From contig JAXHMZ010000004.1 of assembly GCA_034521025.1 (NCBI GenBank), positions 107,315 through 166,484 of the forward strand: DNA of 59,170 nucleotides, read 5' to 3'. Numbering within the stretch: position 1 is the first letter of the stretch; each line of letters opens with the position of its first letter. The notes beneath the pieces were generated by a model. The model ran no database searches and was not told the DNA's origin. It saw nothing but the letters and a program-made list of their open reading frames with translations. Positions 28,622 through 37,439 of this stretch are shown here, piece by piece. The DNA is from Candidatus Campbellbacteria bacterium. Its GTDB lineage: Bacteria > Patescibacteriota > Minisyncoccia > Phycocordibacterales > JAXHMZ01. Both the position numbers and the translations under genes were made by a program.

Positions 28622-29194
28622 ATGTTAAAGATCAGATTAAAAAGAGTTGGAAGGCGACACGATGCCACCTTTAGAATGGTGGTAGTTGAGTCATCTCGAA
28701 GTTCTAAAAGTGGTAGCTATATAGAAAATCTCGGCACTTACGACCCAAGACAGGACAGTAAAAACATAAATGCCGAGCGCGTTAATCACTGGCTTGAAGT
28801 GGGCGCTCTTCCTTCTGACACCGTACACAATCTATTGGTCGAAATAGGCGTCATTACCGGCAAAAAAGTCAATGTTCTTCCTAAGAAGACTCCGCAGGGC
28901 GAAGGCGAAGGAAAGGAAGAAGCGACAACCGAATCAACAGACAAAGAAGCTCTGACATCTCCTGCAGAAGAATCAAGCGCGGAAGAAGAAAAAGAGGCTG
29001 AAACGAACGAAGAAGAAGCTTCCGAGGACGAGCCAAGCGCGACAGAAGAAGAGAACACTGAAGAATCTACAACTGCAGAAAAGGCAGAAGAAGAGGGCTC
29101 TTCAGAAGAAAAAGGATCGGGAGAAAATACAGAGAGCGAAGTTGCTAAAAGTGAAGAAAAGGTTGAAGACGACGAAGAAAAGAAAGACTCATAG
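28622..29194 (+). CDS. rpsP: 30S ribosomal protein S16 with long acidic C-terminal extension (true start ATG 28622)
   Basis: MLKIRLKRVGRR..YIENLGTYDP..WLEVGALPSDTV. Confidence 0.96.
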   Translation: MLKIRLKRVGRRHDATFRMVVVESSRSSKSGSYIENLGTYDPRQDSKNINAERVNHWLEVGALPSDTVHNLLVEIGVITGKKVNVLPKKTPQGEGEGKEEATTESTDKEALTSPAEESSAEEEKEAETNEEEASEDEPSATEEENTEESTTAEKAEEEGSSEEKGSGENTESEVAKSEEKVEDDEEKKDS

Positions 29195-29286
29195 CTTGTT
29201 GATTGTTTATAATAATAAGTTAAGGTACAATTACAGAACCTAGCAACTGAAGTGGCTAGATCATTAGCAAAAAAACAAACAGTACT

Positions 29287-29613
29287 ATGGATAAGAATGC
29301 GGAAGACGGAGACAAACAATTTCTTGAGTTTGTGGTTCAATCAATAGTTGATAACCCAGAAGAGGTAAAGATCGATAGATCAGTAGACGAAATGGGTGTT
29401 TTATTGACCTTGTCTGTACATCCCGACGATATGGGCAAGATAATAGGCCGACAAGGTAACACTGCACGCGCTATAAGAACTCTTCTCAGAGTTGTAGGAT
29501 TGAAAAACAACGCAAGAGTAAATCTGAAGATCAATGAACCTGAAGGTTCAACTAGAGCACAAGCGCATAGCGTAGAAGATGCGATGAACGAGCTCAAGGA
29601 TGAGAGAGAATAG
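29287..29613 (+). CDS. khpA: KH-domain RNA-binding protein KhpA
   Basis: DDMGKIIGRQGNTARAIRTLL; between rpsP and trmD. Confidence 0.9.
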   Translation: MDKNAEDGDKQFLEFVVQSIVDNPEEVKIDRSVDEMGVLLTLSVHPDDMGKIIGRQGNTARAIRTLLRVVGLKNNARVNLKINEPEGSTRAQAHSVEDAMNELKDERE

Positions 29614-29642
29614 ATATCCCTTACTTTAGTAATACCTATTTT

Positions 29643-29673
29643 AAAACCGCTCCAAATCTGGGGACGGTTTTTT
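29643..29673 (+). terminator. Probable intrinsic terminator after khpA
   Basis: AAAACCG..CGGTTTTTTT hairpin with T tract. Confidence 0.65.
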
Positions 29674-29689
29674 ATAAAGTTCAACAAAT

Positions 29690-30349
29690 ATGAATTTTCA
29701 CATAATAACAGCATTTCCAAAAATGATCTCTCCTGTACTCGAGGAATCGATGTTGAAAAGAGCTATTAAGTCCGGATTAATAAACGTAAAGATCTACGAC
29801 CTACGTGATCATAGTCATAACAAGCATAAAAAGATCGACTCTCGACCATACGGTGGTGGTCCGGGTATGGTTCTTGGTGCGGAGCCAATATTGAGAGCCC
29901 ACAAAGAAGCAAAAGGGAGGAAGAAAAAAACTCTGACCATTCTACTAACTCCAAACGGCAAGCAGTTCAACAATAAGTACGCTAAAGACCTTTCTCGAAA
30001 ATATAAAGATATAATTATAATTTGTGGCCATTATGAAGGAATTGACGCGAGAGTTGAAAAGATATTAAAGCCAGTAAAATTATCAATCGGTCCATTTATA
30101 CTCACGGGGGGAGAATTAGCCGCTTTGGCCATAGTAGATAGCACTTCACGCTACCTACCGGGGGTGCTTGGAAACGAAAATTCTCTTGAAGAAACACGTT
30201 ACGCGACCGATCAAGTATATACTCGACCCGAGAAATTAAAATGGAAGGATAAAAATTACAAAGTTCCTGATGTGCTTTTGACCGGCCATCACAAAAATAT
30301 AGAGGAGTGGCATAAAAAGCAAAATGAAAAGAGAAATAAAGAAAGCTAA
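29690..30349 (+). CDS. trmD: tRNA (guanine-N1)-methyltransferase
   Basis: RPYGGGPGMV, CGHYEGID, LTGGELAAL, LLTGHH. Confidence 0.97.
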   Translation: MNFHIITAFPKMISPVLEESMLKRAIKSGLINVKIYDLRDHSHNKHKKIDSRPYGGGPGMVLGAEPILRAHKEAKGRKKKTLTILLTPNGKQFNNKYAKDLSRKYKDIIIICGHYEGIDARVEKILKPVKLSIGPFILTGGELAALAIVDSTSRYLPGVLGNENSLEETRYATDQVYTRPEKLKWKDKNYKVPDVLLTGHHKNIEEWHKKQNEKRNKES

Positions 30350-30380
30350 ATGCTTCAATCTATAGATTGAAGCATTTAGC
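30345..30380. repeat. 36-bp perfect palindrome with GCTTCAATCTATAGATTGAAGC core
   Basis: Same 22-bp core as 8413-8434, different self-complementary flanks. Confidence 0.9.
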
Positions 30381-30384
30381 GAGT

Positions 30385-30412
30385 TTGACATAAAATAAAA
30401 AAGGGTTATACT
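30385..30412 (+). promoter_or_regulatory. Putative promoter of rpoB-rpoC-dnaG-rpoD
   Basis: TTGACA-16bp-TATACT. Confidence 0.75.
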
Positions 30413-30553
30413 CATAGCAACGTGCAAGATTGAGTAGCGGCGGAGCACTATTTTAGCAGTAGAAATCATCTTGCTTTGAATAAAAAGTGGGGAACGCAGG
30501 ATTAAAATCCTTAATAAAAAGGCATAATTGTCTTTGTTTTACTTATTGTATAT

Positions 30554-33500
30554 ATGGAGAAAAAATATTTTTCGCGATATAAAGAGCCGCTAACTGAGAT
30601 GCCAAATTTGGTGGAGTCGCAGAGCGAATCGTTTATGTGGCTTATAGACGAAGGTCTTAAAGAATTATTCCAGGAATTTTCGCCGATTACCGACTACTCA
30701 GAAAAAAAGTTCGAGTTGAACATTGTCAGCTTTGAATTGGGACAACCAAAAGTTGATGAAGCAACAGCAAAAGAGAACAAAGTTTCGCTAGATGCGCCTC
30801 TTAAAGTGAGGGTAAAGCTTTTGAACAAAAATCTAGGAATCGAAAAAGAACAAGAGGTTTTCTTGTCTGACTTTCCAGTGATGAGTAGACACGGTACTTT
30901 CATCATAAATGGAGTTGAACGAGTGATCGTCTCACAATTAGCGAGATCATTCGGAGCTTTCTTTACCGCAACCGACGCTAAAGGGCAAAGATTTTTCGGA
31001 GCTAAGATCATACCTTCGCGTGGGGCGTGGATCGAATTAGATTCCGAGGCAGACGGCGGTCTGTATGTACGAGTAGATAGAAAACGTAAGTTTCTCGCCT
31101 CATCTTTGTTCCGTGTTATGGGAGTCAAAACAGATGAGGAAATTCTAGACCTTTTTGCCGGAGATCTGAATGCTCGTAAAATGATGGAGAAAACAATTGA
31201 GTTAGACCCGGCTAAAACCGTAGAAGACTCTTATATAGAAATATATAAGCGCTTGAGGGACGGAGATCTAGCTAACTTTGAGAACGCCAAAGAATTCATA
31301 GATTCCATTTTTTCTAAAGAAAGATACGACCTTTCAAAGGTTGGTCGCTTTCGATTGAACAAGAGATTCGATAAAAAGGTCACAAAAAACGAATTGAAGG
31401 AGAGGCAGTTGAAGCTTGAAGATGTCGTTACCATTGTCTCACATATCGCTGAGCTTAATACAACACCGGATGCGGAACCTGATGATATAGACCACTTGGG
31501 ATCTAGGCGTGTTCGACTTGTAGGCGAAATGTTACAAGCAAAAATGCGCGTCGGTCTCTCGCAGATGAAGAGAAATATCCAAGACAGGATGTCTACTTCA
31601 GACACCGACACTACGCTACCGGCCAATTTCATCTCAGCTCGACCTCTGCAGGCGCGTATCAAAGAGTTCTACACCACAAACCAACTATCTCAGTTTATGC
31701 AGCAGGAAAACGTGCTTACGGAGCTCGCGAACCTTCGTACAGTTTCAGCGCTTGGACCAGGCGGCCTGACTCGCGAAAGAGCGGGCTTTGAAGTCAGAGA
31801 CGTTCATCCTTCGCACTACGGAAGACTTTGTCCTATACACACTCCCGAGGGCCCGAACATTGGATTGATATTGCGCCTCTCTATGTACGCCAAGATCAAC
31901 GAATTTGGGATGATAGAAACACCTTACGCAAAAGTAGAGAAAGGAGTATTGACCGGGGAAGTTGAATACTTAAACGCCCTAGAAGAAGAAAACTACAAGA
32001 TCGCTCATGCAGCTACTCCATACGACGAAAAAGGTAAGCTAACTGAAGCAAAGGCTGAAGTTAGACATAAAAGTAAACCCGGACTTGTAGATAAAAAAGA
32101 GGTAGATTATTTGGATGTTTCAACCAATCAGGCATATTCCGCGGCAACTTCTATGATACCGTTTTTGAACCACGATGACGCAAACCGCGCTCTTATGGGT
32201 TCAAACATGCAGAAACAAGCTAACCCATGTCTACGGCCAGAAGCTCCGTTGGTAGCAACCGGAGTGGAAGACAGAGTAGCCCGCGACACAGGCCGCTTAG
32301 TAACAGCCAAAGAAGCCGGTGAGATCGAATACGTTGACGCCCGTAAAATAATATTAAAGACCAACAAGGGTAAAAAAGAAGTGTACGAACTCGCGAACCT
32401 TTCTAGAACTAACAACTTCACCGCATTTCACCAACGCCCGATCGTGAATGTAGGAGATAAGGTTAAAAAAGATCAAGTGTTAGCCGACACCTCTTCTTCT
32501 GACCAAGGACAAGCTGCTCTGGGACAGAATATTTTGGTCGCCTTTATGTCATGGGCAGGACAAAACTATGAAGACGCTATTGTGATCAGTGAAAGATTGG
32601 TTAGGGAAGGAACGTTCTCCTCCGTACATATGGATGAGTTCGAAGTCTCTGTTCGCGACACGAAACTCGGTCCTGAAGTCACGACCCACGATATTCCTAA
32701 CGTAGGTGAAAACAGACTTAGAAACCTCGATGAGGAAGGAATTGTTCGTATCGGCGCGGAAGTACTACCCGGTGATATTCTAGTTGGAAAGATCACGCCT
32801 AAAGGTGAGGCGCAATTAACTCCGGAAGAAAGATTGCTTCGTTCTATATTTGGAGAAAAAGCACGCGACGTGAAAGATTCTTCTAAGCGAATGGAACACG
32901 GCAAGAAAGGTCGCGTAGTCGGAGTAAGGGTCTTTTCCCGCGAAAGAGGTGATTCTCTGGAGTCAGGTATCATCAAAAAGGTATACATAGAAACAGCGCA
33001 GGTAAGAAATATTTCCGTAGGAGACAAGCTGGCGGGACGTCACGGAAACAAAGGTGTTATCTCAAAGATCCTTCCGGAAGAAGATATGCCGTATATGGAA
33101 GATGGTACGCCGGTTGATATCATTCTTTCTCCACTTGGAGTTCCATCTCGAATGAACTTGGGACAAATTTTAGAAATGCACTTGGGTCTGGCGGCAAAGA
33201 ACTTGAACTATCAGGCGATCGTACCTCCTTTTGCCGGAGCAACCAATGAAGAAATACGCGAGGAACTTAAAAAGGCGGGTTACCCTGAGAACGGCAAAGT
33301 GCCGCTATATGATGGCTACACCGGTGAAAAGTACGAGAGAGACATAGCAGTAGGATACATGTATATTTTGAAACTTCACCACATGGTCGAAGACAAGATA
33401 CATATGCGTTCGATCGGACCATATTCCTTGATCACACAACAGCCACTGGGTGGAAAGGCACAAGAAGGTGGCCAGAGGTTTGGAGAAATGGAAGTATGGG

Positions 33501-33715
33501 CTTTGTTGGGTTACGGAGCAGCTTACGCTCTACGAGAAATGTTGACCATAAAATCAGACGACATAATGGGTCGTTCCGCCGCGTTTGATTCGATTATCAA
33601 AGGTAACAAGATCAAGCATCCTAATATACCGGCTTCATTCAACGTACTGTTGAACAACCTTCGCGGTCTAGCTCTTGACGTTGATCTAGTCAAAGATGAG
33701 AAAGACGACGCTTAA
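30554..33715 (+). CDS. rpoB: RNA polymerase beta subunit
   Basis: SALGPGGL, ETPEG-like HTPEGPNIGL, GDKLAGRHGNKG, GGQRFGEME. Confidence 0.99.
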   Translation: MEKKYFSRYKEPLTEMPNLVESQSESFMWLIDEGLKELFQEFSPITDYSEKKFELNIVSFELGQPKVDEATAKENKVSLDAPLKVRVKLLNKNLGIEKEQEVFLSDFPVMSRHGTFIINGVERVIVSQLARSFGAFFTATDAKGQRFFGAKIIPSRGAWIELDSEADGGLYVRVDRKRKFLASSLFRVMGVKTDEEILDLFAGDLNARKMMEKTIELDPAKTVEDSYIEIYKRLRDGDLANFENAKEFIDSIFSKERYDLSKVGRFRLNKRFDKKVTKNELKERQLKLEDVVTIVSHIAELNTTPDAEPDDIDHLGSRRVRLVGEMLQAKMRVGLSQMKRNIQDRMSTSDTDTTLPANFISARPLQARIKEFYTTNQLSQFMQQENVLTELANLRTVSALGPGGLTRERAGFEVRDVHPSHYGRLCPIHTPEGPNIGLILRLSMYAKINEFGMIETPYAKVEKGVLTGEVEYLNALEEENYKIAHAATPYDEKGKLTEAKAEVRHKSKPGLVDKKEVDYLDVSTNQAYSAATSMIPFLNHDDANRALMGSNMQKQANPCLRPEAPLVATGVEDRVARDTGRLVTAKEAGEIEYVDARKIILKTNKGKKEVYELANLSRTNNFTAFHQRPIVNVGDKVKKDQVLADTSSSDQGQAALGQNILVAFMSWAGQNYEDAIVISERLVREGTFSSVHMDEFEVSVRDTKLGPEVTTHDIPNVGENRLRNLDEEGIVRIGAEVLPGDILVGKITPKGEAQLTPEERLLRSIFGEKARDVKDSSKRMEHGKKGRVVGVRVFSRERGDSLESGIIKKVYIETAQVRNISVGDKLAGRHGNKGVISKILPEEDMPYMEDGTPVDIILSPLGVPSRMNLGQILEMHLGLAAKNLNYQAIVPPFAGATNEEIREELKKAGYPENGKVPLYDGYTGEKYERDIAVGYMYILKLHHMVEDKIHMRSIGPYSLITQQPLGGKAQEGGQRFGEMEVWALLGYGAAYALREMLTIKSDDIMGRSAAFDSIIKGNKIKHPNIPASFNVLLNNLRGLALDVDLVKDEKDDA

Positions 33716-33728
33716 ATAAATCCAATAT

Positions 33729-36700
33729 ATGAACAATACGAAATTCAAACCAACATCAACCGAACATTTTGACAGCATTCTAATTAGAATGGCGTCTCCC
33801 GAGCGTATTCTTGACTGGTCCCACGGTGAGGTACAAAAACCCGAAACCATAAACTATCGTACTCAACGTTCGGAGCGTGGAGGGCTTTTTGACGAAAAAA
33901 TATTTGGTCCGGAAAAAGATTACGAGTGTTACTGCGGTAAATACCGCGGAATTCGTTACAAAGGAATAGTTTGTGAAAAATGTGGCGTTGAGATCACTCG
34001 TTCGGTTGTACGGCGCGAGCGAATGGGGCACATTGATCTTGCTTGCCCGGTTTCTCATGTTTGGTACTTGAAAAGCATTCCTTCAAGGATGGCGCTACTC
34101 TTAGGCATTACTTCAAGCGATCTTGAAAAGGTCGTTTACTTTGCCGGACACATCATTACCGAAGTAGATGAAAACCAACGCAAACAGATCCTCAAAGATA
34201 TCGATAGCGAGTACAAAACCAAACTAAAAGCTTTGCAGGATGAAAAATCGAAAGAAAAACTTAAAGACATATCCCAAAAAGCTAAAAAAGAAGTCGAATC
34301 CATTCAGCGCGGAATAGTCTTGGATGACTCAGAGTTCCACGCCTATTCGGTTAAATACGGCAACCTCTTTGAGGCTAATATAGGAGCTGAAGCTATCTAT
34401 GAGATCTTCACAAAACTTGACATAGAGCAACTCGAAAATGAACTTGAGGAAAGATATGAAAATGCTTCTGTTGCAGAAAAAACAAAATTGCAAAAGCGTC
34501 TAAGCCTCGTCAAAGGTCTAAGAAGGGCAAACCTAAGACCGGAATGGATGTTCTTAAACCGAATTCCGGTTATACCCCCTCAGCTACGACCTATGGTGGC
34601 ACTAGACGGAGGGAGGCACGCCACAAGTGACATTAATGACTTGTATCGACGCGTGATCAACCGTAACAACCGACTTAAGAAATTAATGGAGATCGGCGCA
34701 CCCGACGTAATTCTCAGAAACGAAAAGCGAATTCTCCAAGAAGCGGTGGATGCTTTGGTTGACAATACGATCAGAAGAGGTACCGGATACACTGCCCTAA
34801 ACCAAGCTCAACGTAGGCCGCTTAAGTCTCTTTCTTCAAACCTAAAAGGAAAACAGGGAATTCTTCGCTCCAACCTATTGGGTAAAAGAGTGGATTATTC
34901 AGCACGCTCGGTTATCGTGATCGGTCCAACTTTGGCTCTGGATCAATGTGGTCTTCCCAAACATATGGCTCTTGAGCTATTTCGACCTTTTGTTATTTCG
35001 GAGTTGCTCAAGCGCGAACTTGCCTACAACATCAGAGGCGCGGGACGTTTGATCGACGACGGCGTGGAAGAAGTGTGGGCGATCTTGGAGGAAGTTATCA
35101 AAGATAAATACGTATTGCTTAACCGTGCCCCAACTCTTCACCGTCTAGGTGTACAGGCGTTTCGACCTATTTTGATCGAAGGTAATGCTATACAGGTTCA
35201 CCCGATGGTATGTTCGGCATTCAACGCTGACTTTGACGGTGACCAAATGGCAGTTCACCTGCCTCTTTCCGAAGAAGCGCAGTACGAAGCAAGAGAGATC
35301 ATGGCGTCGAACAAAAACCTCTTGAAACCGGGAGACGGAGCGCCACACGTAACGGCTGATAAGGACATTATTCTGGGATGTTTCTGGATGACCCAAGAAA
35401 TAGAGGGTTCAAAAGGAGAAGGAAAAATATTCTCAAGTCCAAACGACGCTATAAACGCTTACGATTATGGCTTGATCGACTTTCGAGCGAAAGTAACCGT
35501 TTTGGGTACAGACTCTGAGAAATATGCTGACTTTGAAGGAAAACCATTCGACACTACTGTTGGACGGCTATTATTCAACAGCGTTTTGCCGTCAAATTAT
35601 CGGTTTATAAATAGCTCCGTAGAGAGAAAGATAATGTCGAGAATTGTCAATGACATTATCGAAAATTACGAAACCGAAGAAGTTTCCAATATCTTAGACA
35701 AGATCAAAAACCTTGGATTCAAGTACGCTACCATATCCGGCACAACCTGGGGAATTGATGACGTAACTGAACCTGAAGGTAAGAATGAGTTTATTAAAGC
35801 GTCACAAGCAAAAGCGAGCAATATCTACGATCAGTTCAACGAGGGTCTGCTTTCAGATGAGGAAAGACACCGTAAAGTTACCGAGATTTGGTATGATCTT
35901 CGAGCACAAATTGAAAAGATCGTTCCAAAGTCGATCAGCACGACCGACTCTGTACACGACATGATGAACTCAGGAGCTCGTGGTTCTATCTCGCAAATTA
36001 CCAACATTGTAGGACTTAAGGGCCTGATCGCCGGTACTTCCGGACAGACCATTGAATTTCCGGTTCTTTCTTCTTCAAAAGAAGGATTGACTCCTACAGA
36101 ATACTTTATTACTACCCACGGCTCGCGAAAGGGAATGTCAGACACGGCTCTTAACACAGCCAAAGCCGGATATCTTACCCGACGCTTATTCGTAGTAGCT
36201 CAAGATGTAGTTATAAAAGAAGAAGAATGCGGTACCAAGAAAGGAGTAACCATTCGCCACGAAGCAGATGAACTGGGAACTCCAATTTCGAAATTGATCA
36301 AGGGCCGCTTCCTAGCAGAAACAGTAAAAGACCCGAAAGGAAACGTTCTTTACAAAAGAAATGACTTCTTGAACAGTCAAGACGCGAAAAAGGTTGAAGA
36401 AGCGGGAGTAACTGAAGTTTCCGTAAGGTCTCCTATGTCGTGTGAGAGCAACCGAGGAGTTTGCCAGAAATGCTATGGTCTAGATCTCGGTAAAAATGAG
36501 GTTATCGAGGTAGGTGAAGCGATTGGAACAGTTGCAGCACAAGCTATCGGTGAACCGGGAACACAGCTCACCATGCGTACCTTCCACAAAGGTGGAACAG
36601 CTTCAGCTGGCGGAGACATCACACAAGGTCTCCCGCGAGTTGAAGAAATATTCGAGAGACGCAATCCAAAGAACCCGGCTGTAATTGCCAAAGTTGACGG

Positions 36701-37433
36701 AGTTATCTCAGAAGTAGTAGATACCGGAAAAGAAAAATTCATAAAGATACTTCCCGAGATCGAAGATAAAAAGAAAAACAAGAAGAAAACCGAGACTGAA
36801 TATACAGTGCATTATCTGCGAACCATTGTTGTCAGAGAAGGCGACAAGGTCAAAAAGGGAGACATATTGACGGATGGATCGGTAAACTTACAAGAATATT
36901 ACAAGTACGCTGGCGTTGAGAAAGTACAGGATTACATAATCAATGAAATTTCACGAATATACGAACTGCAAGCCGCTTCTATATCGAGAAAACACATTGA
37001 GGTAATTATCAGACAAATGTTCTCTAGAATTAAGATCACAGACCCCGGTACCACTCACTTAACTATTGGCGACATAGTAGAACAAAGCGAGTTAGAGAAA
37101 ATAAACGACGAAGCCCTGAGCAAAGATGGAGAAAAAGCCTCAGGAACACCGTTGATCCTTGGTATTACAGAAGTTTCGTTGACTCGAGAAAGCTTCCTTT
37201 CAGCTGCCTCATTCCAAAATACTACTCGCGTCTTGATAAACGCCGCGATACAAGGCAAGGAAGATCATCTAAACGGTTTGATGGAGAACGTCATTATCGG
37301 TAAGTTGATACCTGCCGGTACCGGCTACGAGGGATCACCTAAGAGCAAAGCCGCCTTGGAGTATTCACGAAAAGAGGAGACAGAGTCTGAAAACGCCGAA
37401 GTTGCCGAACGCAAAACAGAGGAAGTAAAATAA
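33729..37433 (+). CDS. rpoC: RNA polymerase beta' subunit
   Basis: Zn finger CYCGKY..CEKC, NADFDGDQMAVH, QAIGEPGTQLTMRTFH. Confidence 0.99.
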   Translation: MNNTKFKPTSTEHFDSILIRMASPERILDWSHGEVQKPETINYRTQRSERGGLFDEKIFGPEKDYECYCGKYRGIRYKGIVCEKCGVEITRSVVRRERMGHIDLACPVSHVWYLKSIPSRMALLLGITSSDLEKVVYFAGHIITEVDENQRKQILKDIDSEYKTKLKALQDEKSKEKLKDISQKAKKEVESIQRGIVLDDSEFHAYSVKYGNLFEANIGAEAIYEIFTKLDIEQLENELEERYENASVAEKTKLQKRLSLVKGLRRANLRPEWMFLNRIPVIPPQLRPMVALDGGRHATSDINDLYRRVINRNNRLKKLMEIGAPDVILRNEKRILQEAVDALVDNTIRRGTGYTALNQAQRRPLKSLSSNLKGKQGILRSNLLGKRVDYSARSVIVIGPTLALDQCGLPKHMALELFRPFVISELLKRELAYNIRGAGRLIDDGVEEVWAILEEVIKDKYVLLNRAPTLHRLGVQAFRPILIEGNAIQVHPMVCSAFNADFDGDQMAVHLPLSEEAQYEAREIMASNKNLLKPGDGAPHVTADKDIILGCFWMTQEIEGSKGEGKIFSSPNDAINAYDYGLIDFRAKVTVLGTDSEKYADFEGKPFDTTVGRLLFNSVLPSNYRFINSSVERKIMSRIVNDIIENYETEEVSNILDKIKNLGFKYATISGTTWGIDDVTEPEGKNEFIKASQAKASNIYDQFNEGLLSDEERHRKVTEIWYDLRAQIEKIVPKSISTTDSVHDMMNSGARGSISQITNIVGLKGLIAGTSGQTIEFPVLSSSKEGLTPTEYFITTHGSRKGMSDTALNTAKAGYLTRRLFVVAQDVVIKEEECGTKKGVTIRHEADELGTPISKLIKGRFLAETVKDPKGNVLYKRNDFLNSQDAKKVEEAGVTEVSVRSPMSCESNRGVCQKCYGLDLGKNEVIEVGEAIGTVAAQAIGEPGTQLTMRTFHKGGTASAGGDITQGLPRVEEIFERRNPKNPAVIAKVDGVISEVVDTGKEKFIKILPEIEDKKKNKKKTETEYTVHYLRTIVVREGDKVKKGDILTDGSVNLQEYYKYAGVEKVQDYIINEISRIYELQAASISRKHIEVIIRQMFSRIKITDPGTTHLTIGDIVEQSELEKINDEALSKDGEKASGTPLILGITEVSLTRESFLSAASFQNTTRVLINAAIQGKEDHLNGLMENVIIGKLIPAGTGYEGSPKSKAALEYSRKEETESENAEVAERKTEEVK

Positions 37434-37439
37434 AATCTA

